Source: Candidatus Aenigmatarchaeota archaeon (GTDB lineage Archaea; Aenigmatarchaeota; Aenigmatarchaeia; PWEA01; JACQIF01). Taken from it: DNA of 64,000 nucleotides. The stretch's first letter is position 1, and the number at the start of each line of letters is the position of its first letter. A model generated the notes under the pieces. It worked only from the letters and a program-made list of their open reading frames with translations. It made no database searches and had not been told where the DNA came from. The translations under genes were made by a program, and so were the position numbers. The DNA lies in NCBI GenBank assembly GCA_016432325.1, contig CP066684.1, positions 472,298-536,297 of the forward strand, in the 5' to 3' direction. This document shows positions 29,294 to 39,493 of this stretch, piece after piece.

Positions 29294-30762
29294 TTATCGG
29301 GCCTCCTTTGCGGCGCAGGGCCGAACACCTCGTCGAGGGCCTCGTGAACGATCTCTGGATGGTAGCCGTCCCGCGCTATCAGGGCGTGCGCTATCCTGTC
29401 GCGGCCGTGGGGCTTGTGAAGACGCGCATAGTACGTCAGCATTTCCATCAGCGGATCCGAAGGCCGCTTTCTGCCCGGAACCAGAAAAGACCAGCCGAAC
29501 GCCACTGCGGCGATCAACAAAGACAAAAGTCCTCCTACCATCGCAAACTGTGCGGCAGACGCCGAGGCGGCCTGCTTCTGGATGCTGTTCTCGGTAGCGT
29601 TATGTTGGATGCCAACGTTCGTGTAAGAGCCTCCCGAACCGCTTTGCGGAACCGTCTCCCAGACCATCGGACCTTCGGATAGTTCGCCCGACGGGAGGGC
29701 AGACAAACCGGGCGGAGGAGAAGATCTTTGTTCGTGCCGCGGTTCTTCTGGCACTGTCTGTTCTTCCGGAGGAGCTGCTTGTTGAGGCGACGAACGCTCG
29801 GCCGTGACGCCGGCCAGCCAGATGGCCAGCGCAGGCTTCGCGCTGCCGTCGGCGCGAACGAGACCAAAGTGCCTCTCGCCCTCACCGTAGTAGTTCGCAA
29901 TGTCTGCGTCCGGCGCATCCGTCCAAGAACGGTAGATGAGCGCCTCGACACCCGCGCCCTCGAGGGCCGGAGAGTCGGAGAACAGAGCGTCGAGCACGTT
30001 CGCTTGGTGTCGCGCGTAGGGCGTCTCGGGGTAAGAACTGAGCGCGATGTCGCTGACGAAAACAGGCTTGCCGAATGTGTCGCGCGCCTTCCGTGCGCCA
30101 TCGAGAAGGTCGTCTGGAAGACCCGTGTAGGCGTCTGGAGAATCCCTTGTGGAGCCCCGGAGCGCCTGCAATCCTATGGAGTCAGAAGCAGCAGCGGCGC
30201 GGTCCCATGTCTTCCAGTCCTCGCGGCCCCAGTTGCCCAGTCCCATAACGATCTCTGAAGGGTTATAGGAGCTGCGAAAAAATTGCGCTTTCTCCTCCAT
30301 GTAAGAGTCCAGCGGCTCGTATGTCGCAACGGACTCCTTGTTGAATTCCGTCTCAAGAACGATGACAACAGGACGCGAACCCATCTGCGCGTTGAGGTGA
30401 TCCGCCAATTCGCGCGCAAGCTGGTCCCATCCATCCATGCTTTTATTCACGCCGTGGATCGGCGAATAACAGCCGTTCTCCAGACACTCCGGCGAGATGT
30501 CGTCGCCCCAATAGAAGAACTGTATGACAGGAATTACACCGGCGTCGCGGGCCTTTGCCAGAGCGTCGTCGGTTCCTCCCCAACCGAACTCCTCAATCCA
30601 GGGACCGACCCACCAGAGGGCGTAGTCCGGCTTCGCGCCGGCCTCAACCTGCTCGTCTATCGACGCGACATCCATGCCGAAATCAAGGCCGTCGGCCGCA
30701 GAGGCCGGCGTCGGGAGCAGCACGGCTATCGCAAAGAGCACCAAGGCCCACCGGCTTGACAT
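29290..30762 (-). CDS. Secreted, C-terminally anchored glycoside hydrolase-like protein
   Basis: Signal peptide; Trp/Tyr/Asp-rich TIM-barrel-like domain (LETEFN, KPVFVSD, HFGLVRADGSAKPA); Pro/Ser linker; TM helix. Confidence 0.65.
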   Translation of the reverse strand: MSSRWALVLFAIAVLLPTPASAADGLDFGMDVASIDEQVEAGAKPDYALWWVGPWIEEFGWGGTDDALAKARDAGVIPVIQFFYWGDDISPECLENGCYSPIHGVNKSMDGWDQLARELADHLNAQMGSRPVVIVLETEFNKESVATYEPLDSYMEEKAQFFRSSYNPSEIVMGLGNWGREDWKTWDRAAAASDSIGLQALRGSTRDSPDAYTGLPDDLLDGARKARDTFGKPVFVSDIALSSYPETPYARHQANVLDALFSDSPALEGAGVEALIYRSWTDAPDADIANYYGEGERHFGLVRADGSAKPALAIWLAGVTAERSSPQQAAPPEEQTVPEEPRHEQRSSPPPGLSALPSGELSEGPMVWETVPQSGSGGSYTNVGIQHNATENSIQKQAASASAAQFAMVGGLLSLLIAAVAFGWSFLVPGRKRPSDPLMEMLTYYARLHKPHGRDRIAHALIARDGYHPEIVHEALDEVFGPAPQRRPDN

Positions 30763-30835
30763 CCAGACCACCCATCAACAATCCCTGCAACTATTTGCTT
30801 TCCTGAGAAGATAAAACTTTTGTCGGGCCGGAGAA

Positions 30836-31009
30836 TCAGCAATACTCGCAGACCTTTCCTTTGATGACCTTGCCCTTCGCTTTCGTGTGCGCCTTTGCGT
30901 ACGCGTTCTTGTCCTTCGTGCAGCAGAATGTCAGGCCGAGAGCTGAGACGCCCTTGCCCTTCACGGGTTTGCCGCAGAAGTCGCATTTCTTTCCGAAAAG
31001 TCCAAACAC
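30836..31009 (-). CDS. Small Cys-rich metal-binding protein (TRASH/YHS-like), 57 aa, below ORF-track cutoff
   Basis: MFGLFGKKCDFCGKPV...FCC...KVCEYC; GTG start after GAGGAG, directly downstream of glutaredoxin. Confidence 0.7.
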   Translation of the reverse strand: MFGLFGKKCDFCGKPVKGKGVSALGLTFCCTKDKNAYAKAHTKAKGKVIKGKVCEYC

Positions 31010-31018
31010 GCAATCTCC

Positions 31019-31258
31019 TCACTTTATCTTCAGCGCTTTCTTCAACGCGTTCTCGTCCCATCCGACTATTATCGTGCTGTTGTCTATTTCGACCACAGGA
31101 ACGCCCATCTGGCCGCTCTTTTCCACGAGCTCGTTGCGCGCCTTGTCATCCTCGAGGACGTTGACCTCGCTGTACTTCACGTTGTTGGCCTTGAAGAACT
31201 CCTTCGTGCGCTTGCACCACTGGCACGTGGGGGTCGTGTAGATTTTCACGGAGGGCAT
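31019..31258 (-). CDS. Glutaredoxin-like protein (NrdH-redoxin type)
   Basis: IYTTPTCQWC, SGQMGVPV. Confidence 0.93.
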   Translation of the reverse strand: MPSVKIYTTPTCQWCKRTKEFFKANNVKYSEVNVLEDDKARNELVEKSGQMGVPVVEIDNSTIIVGWDENALKKALKIK

Positions 31259-31372
31259 GCGAAGAATATGTGAAGACCGTATTTAAACCTTGCACGCGCT
31301 CTCCTGCGAGATCGACTGCAAGAAGAAAAGCTTCAGACTGGTCGAGCCTTCTGTGAAGTAAGCCCGAACTGG

Positions 31373-32086
31373 CTATTTCCTACTCGTCTTCTCGTAGCTG
31401 TCCTCAAGGCTAAGGAAGTCGCGTATGATTCTGTCAAACTCCTTCTTTGTGAAATCTTGTGGGTAGGTAGGCGTGCCGAAAAGCCGGGCCTTCTCAATGC
31501 CAGGCAGATATTGAGGGATGCGGACGAATCCCTTCGCTTGTCCCGTGCGCAGGTACAGGTCCACCTTCGGTATTCGCCAGAACTTCGCCAGGCCTTCAAA
31601 TGTTGGTTGTTGTCCTGTTTCGGCGCAACGCGTCAGGGCGCGGGCCAGTTCCTTGTTCCCGTTGTATGGCGCCAGAACGTGTACTTTTTTACCTTCGTGT
31701 CCATTTACTTTTTTCAGGGCGCTATGCAGTTTCTCCTCGTCGCTGTGTTTTGAGAACAACACATCCAGTTCTCCTACCACGTCTACCTGAATATCTAGCT
31801 CTTGGACTACTCTGCTACCGCACACCTTGCTTGCACCCATCAAAAATGCGTCCATAAGAGGTGCAGTGTCCTTCATCGGTCTGTCAAGGTTGTACTCGGC
31901 CATGACACCAAGCGAGAGTTCGTCCACCCGACCGCCCTTGCCGAAACACCATCCGATCAGCTCGATTATCACATCGACGCTGGCGGCGTAAACTTCAAAG
32001 AGGGATATTCCACTCTTGGAAGCCCAACGCCTGTGCCCGTCTGGAGCGTATACAAGATGGCCTACTGACGCCAGACGATTTCCCAT
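31373..32086 (-). CDS. Divergent cis-prenyltransferase (UppS-fold) homolog
   Basis: HLVYAPDGHRRWA, YNG, VDLYLRTG, YPQDF; ATG at 32086 after GAGGGTG; more AT-rich than flanks. Confidence 0.75.
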   Translation of the reverse strand: MGNRLASVGHLVYAPDGHRRWASKSGISLFEVYAASVDVIIELIGWCFGKGGRVDELSLGVMAEYNLDRPMKDTAPLMDAFLMGASKVCGSRVVQELDIQVDVVGELDVLFSKHSDEEKLHSALKKVNGHEGKKVHVLAPYNGNKELARALTRCAETGQQPTFEGLAKFWRIPKVDLYLRTGQAKGFVRIPQYLPGIEKARLFGTPTYPQDFTKKEFDRIIRDFLSLEDSYEKTSRK

Positions 32087-32122
32087 GACACAACACCCTC
32101 TGGAATACAAAACAAACGGGCC

Positions 32123-33040
32123 TCACGTATAATCCGTATATACCGTCTTGTTGAGCAGGTCCTTGATGCACGAAATGGCGGCATTGCAGCCTTCGCCCAC
32201 GCTCTTCCCGACCTGTATGTTGCCGCCTGTGCAGCCGCCTGCGGCGTAGACGCGAGGAACGTTCGTGCGGCCGTCCCTGTCCGTGCGCAGGAACACGCCC
32301 TCATGGTCTATCCCGAGCTTGTTGGCGAACGCCATGCCCGAAGCGGTGCCGACGGCGACAAACACGCCGTCGAACTTGAGCTTCTCGCCGGTGTCGAGCT
32401 GTATGTAATCGAGCATGCCGCGCGCGTTGCCTGCGAACGATTTTCCGGAGATGCGCTTCAACGTTACGCGCGCCTTTTTAAGCTCGGCTTCGAGTTCCTT
32501 CGTGAACGAGAACTCGCTCAGGCCCAGAATCGTTATCTCTTTCGTATATGCCGTAAGCTCGAGAGCCTCTTCGGCAGCGTAGTTCCCGGAGCCGATGACC
32601 GCGACCTTCTTCCCCTTGTAAAAGACGCCGTCGCAGGCCACGCAGTAGTGGATTCCCTTTCCGACGTACGCGTCCTCGTTGGCAAACCCGGACTTCTGGA
32701 ACTTCATGCCAGCGGCGATTATCAGGGCGCGGGAGGTGAAGGACTTGTTAGTGGCAGTTTTGACTGTGAACGTCTCGCCATCGCGCAACGCGTGAACGAC
32801 CTCCTCTTCCACCATCGAAACCTTGTACTTCTTGGAGTGCGCGATGAAGCGGTCTATAATCTGCGGGCCGGCTATCTTCTCGCTGAATCCCAGATAGTTT
32901 CCTATCTCGTGCGACTTTTCGAGAGACGAACCGTGAGGGAAGCCGAGTATGAGAACCTTCAGCTGGGCGCGGGCCAAGTAGAGTGATGCTGAAAGACCCG
33001 CAGGCCCTGCGCCGATGATGATGACGTCGTAGTCTGGCAT
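32123..33040 (-). CDS. trxB: Thioredoxin reductase
   Basis: GAGPAG, GIHYCVACDG, GSGNYA, VYAAG. Confidence 0.9.
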   Translation of the reverse strand: MPDYDVIIIGAGPAGLSASLYLARAQLKVLILGFPHGSSLEKSHEIGNYLGFSEKIAGPQIIDRFIAHSKKYKVSMVEEEVVHALRDGETFTVKTATNKSFTSRALIIAAGMKFQKSGFANEDAYVGKGIHYCVACDGVFYKGKKVAVIGSGNYAAEEALELTAYTKEITILGLSEFSFTKELEAELKKARVTLKRISGKSFAGNARGMLDYIQLDTGEKLKFDGVFVAVGTASGMAFANKLGIDHEGVFLRTDRDGRTNVPRVYAAGGCTGGNIQVGKSVGEGCNAAISCIKDLLNKTVYTDYT

Positions 33041-33085
33041 GCGTCGGTCTTCTCGCGTCCAGAATATAAAGGATGTGCGTGCGCC

Positions 33086-33904
33086 TTAAATCCGTTTCGG
33101 AGGAATCGTCTCGACTTTGGGTGCAGAAAAAACCGACAATTCGGGGTAGGCGTTTCTGATCGCCTTTTCCGCCTCTTCCACGCTCTTCATGAAAAGCGGG
33201 TGGTTGACCGCAGACGTCCCCGAGGCTAGCACGGAGGCTTGGATGTAGTATCTCTCGACGTCTTCTACGCGTCTTGCGCTGGCTATGTCGGTGGCGGCTT
33301 TCATGGCCTTGCGGCGGTAGTTGCGGACCGTGGCGTCTGGAACAAGCGCGTCTATTTTCGCTCTGTCAAGATTGGTTCCATGGGCGGCGTAGCGTCCCAG
33401 CACGATGGCCGCGCCTTCGGCTGCAGTTATCCACTCCTCCTGCACCACATACATTCCGTTGGCGTATCTGAGGTAAGAGCGGCCGCGGGTCGTGTGATAG
33501 TTTGGTTTTTCGTCCTCTATGATCTCTTCCAATCGGGCCATGGTCACGCGCCTGCCGCTCTTGAGCTGGATGTCGCTGACTAACGGTCTGGACATGTCCA
33601 TCGAACCGAGGGCTTCGTCGTCGAGGTGCGCGTCGAGTCGCCTAGCAACTGCCAGCATTCCCAGTCCGAACAGGTCTGTGTTGAATCCTATTTTGTCGAG
33701 CGGCTTGAACTTTTGCGGCGACGATAGGACGTTGCGAATGCCTTCGTAGTATGCTGTTTGCTCTATCGCTCCCGCTCCTATCTCGCAGCCGGCGAACTCG
33801 GCCGCGTTCAGAAATGTAAGCGTCTCGTAGACGTGGCCTTGCTTGGCCGATTCTATCGCAAGGTTTCTCAGGTGTTCCGCCTTCCTTGCTGGTTCGATAT
33901 CAAT
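33086..33904 (-). CDS. Hypothetical protein, probable ATT start
   Basis: Frame is open 82 codons upstream of the ATG at 33658, up to the sufC TAG; GAGGTG lies upstream of ATT at 33904. Confidence 0.55.
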   Translation of the reverse strand: MDIEPARKAEHLRNLAIESAKQGHVYETLTFLNAAEFAGCEIGAGAIEQTAYYEGIRNVLSSPQKFKPLDKIGFNTDLFGLGMLAVARRLDAHLDDEALGSMDMSRPLVSDIQLKSGRRVTMARLEEIIEDEKPNYHTTRGRSYLRYANGMYVVQEEWITAAEGAAIVLGRYAAHGTNLDRAKIDALVPDATVRNYRRKAMKAATDIASARRVEDVERYYIQASVLASGTSAVNHPLFMKSVEEAEKAIRNAYPELSVFSAPKVETIPPKRI

Positions 33905-33907
33905 CGT

Positions 33908-34645
33908 CTACGCCACCTCGTATCCCTTCTTCTCCAGCTCCTCGGCGAGCTCGAGACCGCCTGTTCGTGCGACGCGGCCGTCGACCATCACGTGCACGCT
34001 GTCCGGCTTGACGTAATCAAGAATACGTTTGTAGTGCGTGATTATAAGAAAACCTGTCCTCGGTCCGCGCATCGCCTCTATTCCAGACGCGACTATGCGC
34101 AGGGCGTCGATGTCGAGTCCGCTGTCTATTTCGTCGAGGACCGCAATCTCAGGCCGCAGGACAGCGAGCTGCAGAATCTCCATGCGCTTCTTCTCGCCGC
34201 CGGAGAAGCCCTCGTTCAGGTAGCGGTTTGCGAACGCATCGTCTATATTGAGCTCGCGCATCTTCTGTTTCAAATCCTTCATGAAGTTCATGACGTTCAG
34301 ACCCTTGTCGCGAGCCTTCGCCGCGGTGAACAGGAAGTTTGCGACAGTGACGCCGGGGATTTCGCTCGGATACTGGAAGCCGAGGAACAGGCCGAGGCGC
34401 GCGCGTTCATCCGGTTTTGCGTTTGTAACGTCCGTTCCGTTGAACAGTATACGCCCGCGCGTTATCCTGTACTTCGGATGACCCATCAGAGCAAACGCTA
34501 ACGTCGACTTGCCGGAGCCGTTCGGGCCCATCACAGCCTGCACGTCTCCTTTGTTGACGGTCAGCGAGAGCCCTTTGACTATCTCTTTTGCATCGACGCT
34601 CACGTGCAGGTCCTCTATCACGAGTCCGTTTTTCTTTGCGGCCAT
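33908..34645 (-). CDS. sufC: Fe-S cluster assembly ATPase SufC
   Basis: GPNGSGKS, FQYPSEIPG, NEGFSGGEKKR, DEIDSGLDIDAL. Confidence 0.96.
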   Translation of the reverse strand: MAAKKNGLVIEDLHVSVDAKEIVKGLSLTVNKGDVQAVMGPNGSGKSTLAFALMGHPKYRITRGRILFNGTDVTNAKPDERARLGLFLGFQYPSEIPGVTVANFLFTAAKARDKGLNVMNFMKDLKQKMRELNIDDAFANRYLNEGFSGGEKKRMEILQLAVLRPEIAVLDEIDSGLDIDALRIVASGIEAMRGPRTGFLIITHYKRILDYVKPDSVHVMVDGRVARTGGLELAEELEKKGYEVA

Positions 34646-35070
34646 CAAGCACCCTCTCCTGGAACGTCTTCGGTGGTGGTTTTGGGTACGCGCGCTCCTT
34701 CGTGCGCGAGTATGCCGTGTTTCATCGTAACGAGCCCGAGCATCGCGCACTTCATGCGTGTCGCGCTTATCGGCACTCCTAGCATGCTCACGACGTCGTC
34801 TCTCTCAATCCTTTTCACGTCGGCGAGCGCCATGCCTTTGATGCGTTCGGTGAGCATCGAAGCCGCGGCTTGGCTTATCGCGCAGCCCGAGCCGCGGAAC
34901 CTGACATCTTTTATGACGTCGCCGTTGAGCTTCGCCATAATCTCTATCTCATCGCCGCAGAGCGGATTCTGGCCAGAGTGCTTTATGTCCGGGCGCGTCA
35001 GCGCTCCCTTGTTGCGCGGATGCCTGTAGTGGTCCAGAACGTTCTCCTGATACATCTGTGAGCTCATCAT
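34645..35070 (-). CDS. sufU: SufU/IscU-type scaffold or sulfur-transfer protein
   Basis: LDHYRHPRNKG, NPLCGD, GCAISQA, RMKCA. Confidence 0.93.
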   Translation of the reverse strand: MMSSQMYQENVLDHYRHPRNKGALTRPDIKHSGQNPLCGDEIEIMAKLNGDVIKDVRFRGSGCAISQAAASMLTERIKGMALADVKRIERDDVVSMLGVPISATRMKCAMLGLVTMKHGILAHEGARVPKTTTEDVPGEGA

Positions 35071-36281
35071 ACGCCAAACACCTTCTTCGCCTTTCCTATC
35101 GCCACCACCAGCGCATCCACGTCGTCGCGGGTGTTGTAGATATAAAAAGACACGCGTGCGCACGCGCCTACGCCCAGCGCGTTCAAAAGAGGCTGCGCGC
35201 AGTGATGCCCCGCGCGGACGCAAACGTTGTAGTCGTCCAGAACGCTCGCCAGGTCGTGAGGATGAACGCCTGCCAGATTGAAGGCGACGACTCCGCCGCG
35301 TTCGCGCGGGCGGCCGTAAATCGTAACTCCTTTTATCGTGGAGAGCTTTTTAATGGCGTATTCTGTAAGCATCCTTTCGTGTGTGCGCACGTTCTCCATT
35401 CCAACGCCTTCCAAATAGCCGATGGCCGCCGCGAGCCCGACAGCGCCCGCGACGTTGGGCGTGCCTGCCTCGAACTTCCATGGAAGGGCATTCCACTCGG
35501 CATTCTCGTACGTGACGCGCGAAATCATGTCCCCGCCGTACAGGAAGGGCTCCATCTTCTCGAGATGCGCACGTTTGGCATAGAGGACGCCTATGCCGGT
35601 GGGTCCGCACATCTTGTGCCCGGAGAATACAAGGAAGTCCGCGTCTCCGACGCGCGCGGGCATGTGAGGAACGCTCTGCGCCGCGTCCACGAGCACGCGG
35701 GCGCCGACCTTGTGCGCCTCTTTTATGATGCGCGAGATGTCATTGACTGTTCCGAGAACGTTCGAGACGTGCGTGACGGCGACGAGCTTCGTACGGGATG
35801 TCATGAGCTTGCCCATATCGTCATAAACGAGTTCTCCGTTCTTGTCTATCTCTATAAACTTCAGCTTCGCGCCTGTCTTCTTGCAGACGAACTGCCACGG
35901 CACGAGGTTCGAGTGGTGTTCCATGCGCGTTACGAGAATCTCGTCTCCTTTTTTCACGTTCGCAAGGGCCCAGGAATACGCGACGAGGTTTATCGCTTCT
36001 GTCGCGTTGCGGACGAAGATTATCTCTTCATGCGATTGTGCGCCTATGAAATCCGCGACCTTGCGGTGAGCGGCCTCGTACGCTTCTGTCGCTTCCTCGC
36101 TTATCCTGTAGACGCCGCGATGAACGTTGGCGTTGTATTTCTTGTAGTATGTGTTCATGGCTTCGATGACCTTATTCGGCTTCTGCGAAGTGGCTGCGCT
36201 GTCCAGATAGACCATGCGCCCGGAGAGTATTGGAAAGTCTGAACGGATGCGTCTCGCGTCTATTCCTGTCGTTCGCTTCAT
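35067..36281 (-). CDS. sufS: Cysteine desulfurase SufS
   Basis: YLDSAATSQKP, EHHSN, SGHKM, RAGHHCA. Confidence 0.96.
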   Translation of the reverse strand: MKRTTGIDARRIRSDFPILSGRMVYLDSAATSQKPNKVIEAMNTYYKKYNANVHRGVYRISEEATEAYEAAHRKVADFIGAQSHEEIIFVRNATEAINLVAYSWALANVKKGDEILVTRMEHHSNLVPWQFVCKKTGAKLKFIEIDKNGELVYDDMGKLMTSRTKLVAVTHVSNVLGTVNDISRIIKEAHKVGARVLVDAAQSVPHMPARVGDADFLVFSGHKMCGPTGIGVLYAKRAHLEKMEPFLYGGDMISRVTYENAEWNALPWKFEAGTPNVAGAVGLAAAIGYLEGVGMENVRTHERMLTEYAIKKLSTIKGVTIYGRPRERGGVVAFNLAGVHPHDLASVLDDYNVCVRAGHHCAQPLLNALGVGACARVSFYIYNTRDDVDALVVAIGKAKKVFGV

Positions 36282-37483
36282 GAGCCGACCTCCTTCGATA
36301 TCTTCTTAACCGCTTTTACGGGCCTCAAACCGAGCTTGTCTGCTATAAGTTCCTTCACGCCTTCGCGAACGCTCTCTTCCATTATGCCGTCGACGATCGG
36401 AGCGAGAAATCCTTCCACGATAAGGGCTTCTGCGTCCTCGCGCGAGACGCCGCGGGACATCATGTAGAAGAGCTTGTTCTCGTCTATCTTTCCTGTGCTG
36501 GCGCCGTGCGAAGCGCGGACGTCGTTGTTCTCTATCTCCAGGCTCGGAATGGAGTTCGAGGTCACGCCGCTGTTCAGGTGAAGCGTGCGGTCGTTGAGAT
36601 GCGAGTCCGTGCCTCGCGCTTCGCGCTCTATGCGTATCAGACCGCGCGTGAGAGACGAAGACGAATCCTTGAGCACGCCTCTTGTGTCCACGCGGGCTCC
36701 TGTGTTCTGGGCGGCGTGCGCGCATCGCGTGATTATCGAGAAGTTCTGGCCGCCTGTGCCGAAGTATGCGCCGCGGATTGTCGCTGACGAGCCCGCGCCG
36801 GTGAAGGATGCGTCCGTCTTCAGTCTTGTCGTCTTGCCTCCCAAGAGCGCGAACGTCCAGTTCACCCGCGAGTCGCGGCCGCATTCGATTCTCTTGCATG
36901 AATGATCGCATGTCGCGTCGGAGAAGCGCTGTATCGTTACGAGATTGACCTCCGCGTTGTCCGCCGCGCGAACGTCCAGCGTTCCGTAGTGCACAGGCGC
37001 CGAACCCTCGAAGATTTCGCATATTGTTACACGCGAGCCCGGCTCTGCAACGATGACGGAGCGCGAAGACGCGGGGTCAAAGGCCGTGTGCTTCACTATT
37101 ATGGGGACTTTGGACTGGAATCCTGCAGGGACGCGCACAAAATAGCCGTTGGTCCATGTCGCGGCGTTGAACATCGCGAACTTGTCTTTTGTTTCCGTCG
37201 AGAAGAACTTCTTCAGGATGCCTGCGTAGGCGTCGAGCGCGGCTGGCATCGGTCTCGCGTCGATCCCTTTCGGACCTCCTATGAATACGCCGAACTCCTG
37301 CGGCTGGACCGGAGCAAATCCCGCGAGGTCCGTATATTTCCACTCCTCGTCTTTCTTCGTGGGAAGAGGGGCCTTTTCAAAAGACTTCCACGAATCGCGT
37401 CTCAACGATGTGGTCCACGAAGGCTCGTGCAGTCGCGCGACGAACGCCTGAAAGTCGATGGGCTGTTCCGAACGAGTGACCAC
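36278..37483 (-). CDS. sufD: Fe-S cluster assembly protein SufD
   Basis: EEWKYT, PSLEIENNDVRASHGAS, LFYMMSRG. Confidence 0.92.
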   Translation of the reverse strand: MVTRSEQPIDFQAFVARLHEPSWTTSLRRDSWKSFEKAPLPTKKDEEWKYTDLAGFAPVQPQEFGVFIGGPKGIDARPMPAALDAYAGILKKFFSTETKDKFAMFNAATWTNGYFVRVPAGFQSKVPIIVKHTAFDPASSRSVIVAEPGSRVTICEIFEGSAPVHYGTLDVRAADNAEVNLVTIQRFSDATCDHSCKRIECGRDSRVNWTFALLGGKTTRLKTDASFTGAGSSATIRGAYFGTGGQNFSIITRCAHAAQNTGARVDTRGVLKDSSSSLTRGLIRIEREARGTDSHLNDRTLHLNSGVTSNSIPSLEIENNDVRASHGASTGKIDENKLFYMMSRGVSREDAEALIVEGFLAPIVDGIMEESVREGVKELIADKLGLRPVKAVKKISKEVGS

Positions 37484-37488
37484 GAGAA

Positions 37489-38895
37489 CTACCCCACAGC
37501 GCCTTCCATTTCCATCTCGACCAGGCGGTTCAGCTCGATCGCGTACTCCATCGGCAGTTCCTTGGTGAACGCCTCTATGAAACCCTTGACTATCAGGGCC
37601 ATTGCCTCGTTCTCCTTCAGGCCGCGCGACATCAGGTAGAAGAGCGCCTCTTCGCTTATGCGGCCCACAGTCGCCTCGTGACCGATGCTCACGTCGTCTT
37701 CGTAAATCTCCATGTATGGAACCGTGTCACTCGCGGATTTCTCGTCGAGTATCAAAGCGTCGCATCTCACGGACGACGTAACGTTCTTGCATCCCTTTCC
37801 GACGCGCACGAGCCCGCGGTACGTCGTGCGGCCGCCGCCCATGCTGACCGATTTGGATATTATGCGCGATGACGTACGCGGCGCGAGGTGAATTACCTTC
37901 GCTCCCGCGTCCTGATGCTGGCCTTCTCCGGCGAAGGCTATGGACAATATGTCCGCTTTCGCGTTTTCACCGCGCAAGATTACGCTCGGATACTTCATAG
38001 TGACCTTGGAGCCCATATTCCCGTCAATCCATTCGACCGTGGCGCCTTCGTGCGCGATGGCGCGCTTCGTCACAAGATTGTAGACGTTCGAGGACCAGTT
38101 CTGTATGGTCGTATAACGCACGCGCGCGTTCTTGTGCGCTATGACTTCAACGACAGCCGTGTGCAGCGCATCTTTGGCGTACGTCGGCGCCGTGCAACCT
38201 TCGATGTAGTGCACGGACGCGCCTTCGTCCACTATTATCAAGGTGCGTTCGAACTGTCCGGCGCGTTCGGCATTGATGCGGAAGTACGCTTGCAGAGGAA
38301 TCTTCACATGCACGTTCTTGGGAACATAAACGAACGAACCGCCTGACCACACGGCGCTGTTCAGAGCCGCGAACTTGTTGTCCGCGGTCGGGACGATCGT
38401 ACCGAAATACTTCTTCACGAGTTCCGGATGCCGCTTCAAACCTTCATCCATCGAGAGGAATATCACGCCCTGAGCTTCCAAATCGGCGCGCGTCTTGTGG
38501 TAGACGACCTCGGAGTCGTACTGCGCGCCGACGCCTGCAAGAAACTTCTGCTCCGCTTCAGGGATACCAAGCTTCTTGAACGTATCGCGTATCTTTTCCG
38601 GAACGTCTTCCCAAGAGCTTTCGCTCTTTGCCGAAGGACGGATGTAGTAGATTATCTCATCGAAGTTTATCCCCGACAGGTCCGCGCCCCACTTGGGCAT
38701 CGGCTTCTGCAAGAACGTTTTGAAAGCCTTGAGCCTGAATTCAAGCATCCAGTCCGGCTCGTCTTTCTGTGCGCTGATTGCGCGAACGACGCCTTCGCTG
38801 AGGCCTTTCGGAGTCTCGAAGACCGGCTTCACGTCATCGTGGAAGCCGTATTTGTACTGTTCCTTGCTCTCCAGAAGCTCTTGTGATAGGCGCAT
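37489..38895 (-). CDS. sufB: Fe-S cluster assembly protein SufB
   Basis: [27 protein letters not shown]. Confidence 0.97.
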   Translation of the reverse strand: MRLSQELLESKEQYKYGFHDDVKPVFETPKGLSEGVVRAISAQKDEPDWMLEFRLKAFKTFLQKPMPKWGADLSGINFDEIIYYIRPSAKSESSWEDVPEKIRDTFKKLGIPEAEQKFLAGVGAQYDSEVVYHKTRADLEAQGVIFLSMDEGLKRHPELVKKYFGTIVPTADNKFAALNSAVWSGGSFVYVPKNVHVKIPLQAYFRINAERAGQFERTLIIVDEGASVHYIEGCTAPTYAKDALHTAVVEVIAHKNARVRYTTIQNWSSNVYNLVTKRAIAHEGATVEWIDGNMGSKVTMKYPSVILRGENAKADILSIAFAGEGQHQDAGAKVIHLAPRTSSRIISKSVSMGGGRTTYRGLVRVGKGCKNVTSSVRCDALILDEKSASDTVPYMEIYEDDVSIGHEATVGRISEEALFYLMSRGLKENEAMALIVKGFIEAFTKELPMEYAIELNRLVEMEMEGAVG

Positions 38896-39036
38896 GGTTC
38901 AAGAGTATAACAGTGTTATATAAACCTATGTTTTTCACGTTTGAAATAAGGTGTACGAGCTTGAAACAAACGCGCGTTCACAGAGGCTGAACAAACGTCT
39001 TTTATATTTCGGCGCGTTGACATCAGATTCAGTGGA

Positions 39037-39447
39037 ATGATGGACACGGTCTCTCTGAGTGCCGAAGAGATAAAGAAGAGGTGGCAGGTGCCTCTTGCGA
39101 TTCATGGCTACCGAGGCGTTGAAGTCGACGAAAACGAAACAGAAACGGATATGATAGCCATCTCTGCCAACGTTGCGTTCTGGAAGTTGCGCGACAGAGA
39201 CGGTCTGCTTATCTCGGCCGGCATGGTTAAACAAGAGGACGGTGCTCCTGTTCCTGTCGAGGAGGTTCATCCCGTTGGTCTGGCTCATGAGTACTTCGAA
39301 GGGCTTTCAGAGTGGATGCAGCTGAACGGCAGTCCCATGAGAACTATGCAGACTATCAACGGCAGGTCTTTCTTCGCTTACAAATTCGACAACTACAAAC
39401 TGCACAGGCTGTTGAGGATGTCTGCCCAAGAGAGACATGTGGCTTGA
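39037..39447 (+). CDS. Hypothetical protein
   Basis: ORF after TTTATA box; no recognised motif. Confidence 0.55.
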   Translation: MMDTVSLSAEEIKKRWQVPLAIHGYRGVEVDENETETDMIAISANVAFWKLRDRDGLLISAGMVKQEDGAPVPVEEVHPVGLAHEYFEGLSEWMQLNGSPMRTMQTINGRSFFAYKFDNYKLHRLLRMSAQERHVA

Positions 39448-39493
39448 CCATCGTCTTTAAATAGATATGTACCCTCTTCAGAGTAGTGATAGA

